Assembly (NCBI GenBank): GCA_963662445.1
Contig: OY759590.1
Location: forward strand, 2,560,249-2,624,248
DNA length: 64,000 nucleotides
Reading direction: 5' to 3'
From: Desulfarculia bacterium
Lineage (GTDB): Bacteria > Desulfobacterota > Desulfarculia > Adiutricales > JAGVGV01
Shown here: one piece after another, positions 62,687 to 64,000 of the stretch
Layout of the letters: each line of letters starts with the position of its first letter
Position numbering within the stretch: the stretch's first letter is position 1
The notes under the pieces: model-generated
What the model saw: only the letters and a program-made list of their open reading frames with translations
Databases searched by the model: none
Told to the model about the DNA's origin: nothing
Program-made: the position numbers and the translations under genes

Positions 62687-64000
62687 ATGAGCGAAAATAC
62701 TATGAAGATCAAAGAACTTCTGGATGATTTGAGCTTAGGCTTGGTTATGGTCGATCCCGAGGACTTGATGGCTTTGGGGACCGTGCTGGAAAAGATTGAA
62801 AGCGTAAGCCTGGCCTATGAAGCTGAGGGTCCGGATGTGGCCAAGCATGTTGCCAATGGCCTGAAAAAGGCCCTGGAAAACATCATCCTGGAGAAGGTTA
62901 CGGACAAAGCTGCGGCCATGGAGCTTTTCGGAAGAGGTGTCAGCGTTCTGCAAGAGATTGACCGGAGCGGGGCAGCCAAGGACGATCAGCATGAACTGTT
63001 TGCCGCTTTGAACAAAACGGCGAACGTCGATATGGCTCTCATGGGAGAAAAATCCGTGGAGGCGGGTGAAGGCGGTGCTGCGCAGGACGCCGGTCCCGAA
63101 GAAGAGATACAGGATTTCAGCCAGGACAGGGACCTTTTCATCGGCTTCATCGCCGAGGCCATGGAGCACATTGAATCCATCGAGGTCAATATTGTCACCC
63201 TGGAGCAGGAACCGGACAACAGGGATACCATAAACGCGGTTTTCCGGCCGTTCCACACCATCAAAGGCGTTGCCGGATTCCTGAACCTCGGACAGGTTCA
63301 TCATTTGACTCACGAGGTGGAAAACCTTTTGGATTCCGCCCGCAACGGCAAATTGCAGGTCACCCCGCCGATGATTGACCTAATCCTGGATGCCGTTGAT
63401 ATTTTGAAGCGGATGATCAACGACCTGCAAAAATCCCTGGAAACAGGCCAGCCCGTTGAGGATGATTACAACCTCGAAGAATTTTTCGTGTGTATCAAGG
63501 ATGTTCAGTCCGGAGGGACCGACGATGACCGCGAGGATGATTACTCTCCATATGGCGGGCAGAAACTGGGCGAAATATTAGTCGAACAGGGCTTGATTAA
63601 CGAAGAAGAATTGGACGGCATGCTCAAGTCCCAGGAGGAATCGCGTCTGCGGCGTCTGGGTGAAGTCCTGGTGGAACGGGGCGTCATCGACGCCGAAGAG
63701 CTGGAGGAGACTCTGCGCCGTCAGATGGACGAGGCCGGCAAACGCCTGGGAGAACTGCTCATAGAAACCGGCAAAGCCGATCCCCTGTCGGTTTCGGAGG
63801 CCCTGGAGGAACAGATCGAGGGGCGGCAGCAGAAACTGGGCGCCATACTCATCAAGGAAAAAAAGGTCGATGCCCGTAAGGTTACAACCGCCTTGCGTGA
63901 ACAGAAAAAGTCTCCTGACGCAGGACAGGCCGCTTCCGGCCGGACGGTCAAGGTGGATACGGAGAAGCTGGACAACCTGGTGGATCTGGTCGGCGAACTG
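62687..64000 (+). CDS. cheA: chemotaxis histidine kinase CheA, 5' part (runs off the right edge)
   Basis: Open frame of 438 codons from ATG 62687 to the window end; it is not in the ORF track because it has no stop. HPt motif FRPFHTIKGVAGF (His codon at 63254-63256). The last residues, VDTEKLDNLVDLVGEL, are the start of the dimerisation domain. Confidence 0.85.
   Translation, partial: MSENTMKIKELLDDLSLGLVMVDPEDLMALGTVLEKIESVSLAYEAEGPDVAKHVANGLKKALENIILEKVTDKAAAMELFGRGVSVLQEIDRSGAAKDDQHELFAALNKTANVDMALMGEKSVEAGEGGAAQDAGPEEEIQDFSQDRDLFIGFIAEAMEHIESIEVNIVTLEQEPDNRDTINAVFRPFHTIKGVAGFLNLGQVHHLTHEVENLLDSARNGKLQVTPPMIDLILDAVDILKRMINDLQKSLETGQPVEDDYNLEEFFVCIKDVQSGGTDDDREDDYSPYGGQKLGEILVEQGLINEEELDGMLKSQEESRLRRLGEVLVERGVIDAEELEETLRRQMDEAGKRLGELLIETGKADPLSVSEALEEQIEGRQQKLGAILIKEKKVDARKVTTALREQKKSPDAGQAASGRTVKVDTEKLDNLVDLVGEL
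63563..63904 (+). other. four tandem 24-residue MshEN/T2SSE_N-like motifs inside CheA
   Basis: KLGEILVEQGLINEEELDGMLKSQ (63563-63634), a 5-aa spacer, RLGEVLVERGVIDAEELEETLRRQ (63653-63724), RLGELLIETGKADPLSVSEALEEQ (63743-63814) and KLGAILIKEKKVDARKVTTALREQ (63833-63904). They were compared with the recalled motif RLGxx(L/V/I)(L/V/I)xxG(L/V/I)(L/V/I)xxxxLxxxLxxQ. Confidence 0.6.

Noticed and set aside
1860-64000. Looked for cas genes, tRNA/rRNA genes, other defence systems, toxin-antitoxin pairs, and intact transposases or integrases.
   Set aside because: None were recognised in the ORF translations. Only the array and three transposase scars are present.

Overview
High-GC bacterial chromosome segment. 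Gene content (sigma-54 regulators, non-pyrrolysine MttB methyltransferases, I-C-type CRISPR repeat) suggests a sulfate-reducer-like deltaproteobacterium, but that is inference. All family calls come from reading the supplied translations against remembered family motifs; no search or alignment program was run.

Layout, left to right:

1. 1-1859: trailer-proximal part of a CRISPR array with 28 copies of a 32-nt I-C-like repeat. It runs off the left edge, and no cas genes lie in the window. The last, degenerate repeat abuts a 22-codon stub of a gnd-like dehydrogenase gene.

2. About 2.2-32.3 kb: a compositionally mosaic glycan-biosynthesis island, with AT-rich blocks alternating with GC-rich blocks.
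- It encodes rfbA/rfbB/wecE (the dTDP-4-amino-4,6-dideoxyhexose route).
- It encodes an Arn/Gtr-like periplasmic glycosylation set: a polyprenyl-P GT2, a pair of small flippase subunits (one frameshifted) and three polytopic GT-C candidates.
- It encodes a clear UDP-sulfoquinovose synthase (sqdB).
- It encodes an 1845-aa five-module glycosyltransferase with an internal duplication, and a 979-aa paralogous three-module glycosyltransferase.
- It encodes a sulfotransferase with a C-terminal coiled coil directly upstream of wzm/wzt. The Wzt carries an unusual ~400-aa N-terminal domain.
- Three same-orientation IS3-family transposase 3' scars sit at composition or gene-block junctions.

3. 33.1-37.9 kb: a predicted sigma-54 promoter with upstream repeated sites in front of a Cys-rich GcvH-like gene; an archaemetzincin-type peptidase; and a sigma-54 two-component pair.

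4. 38.6-51.6 kb: an 11-gene hut operon (hutU, hutH, hutI). It lacks a recognisable formiminoglutamate-processing gene and instead carries a PotABCD-like importer, an M20 hydrolase, an amidase with a small partner, and an MttB-family methyltransferase.

5. 53.2-56.2 kb: a corrinoid protein / MttB / methyl-THF methyltransferase operon. Its upstream region shares a ~76-nt promoter-operator-like element with the hut operon. A related motif sits at the promoter of the adjacent GntR gene.

6. 57.7-64.0 kb: an orphan sigma-54 response regulator, an MCP, CheW, and the 5' part of a CheA. Its HPt-proximal linker contains four tandem matches to the 24-residue MshEN c-di-GMP-binding motif.
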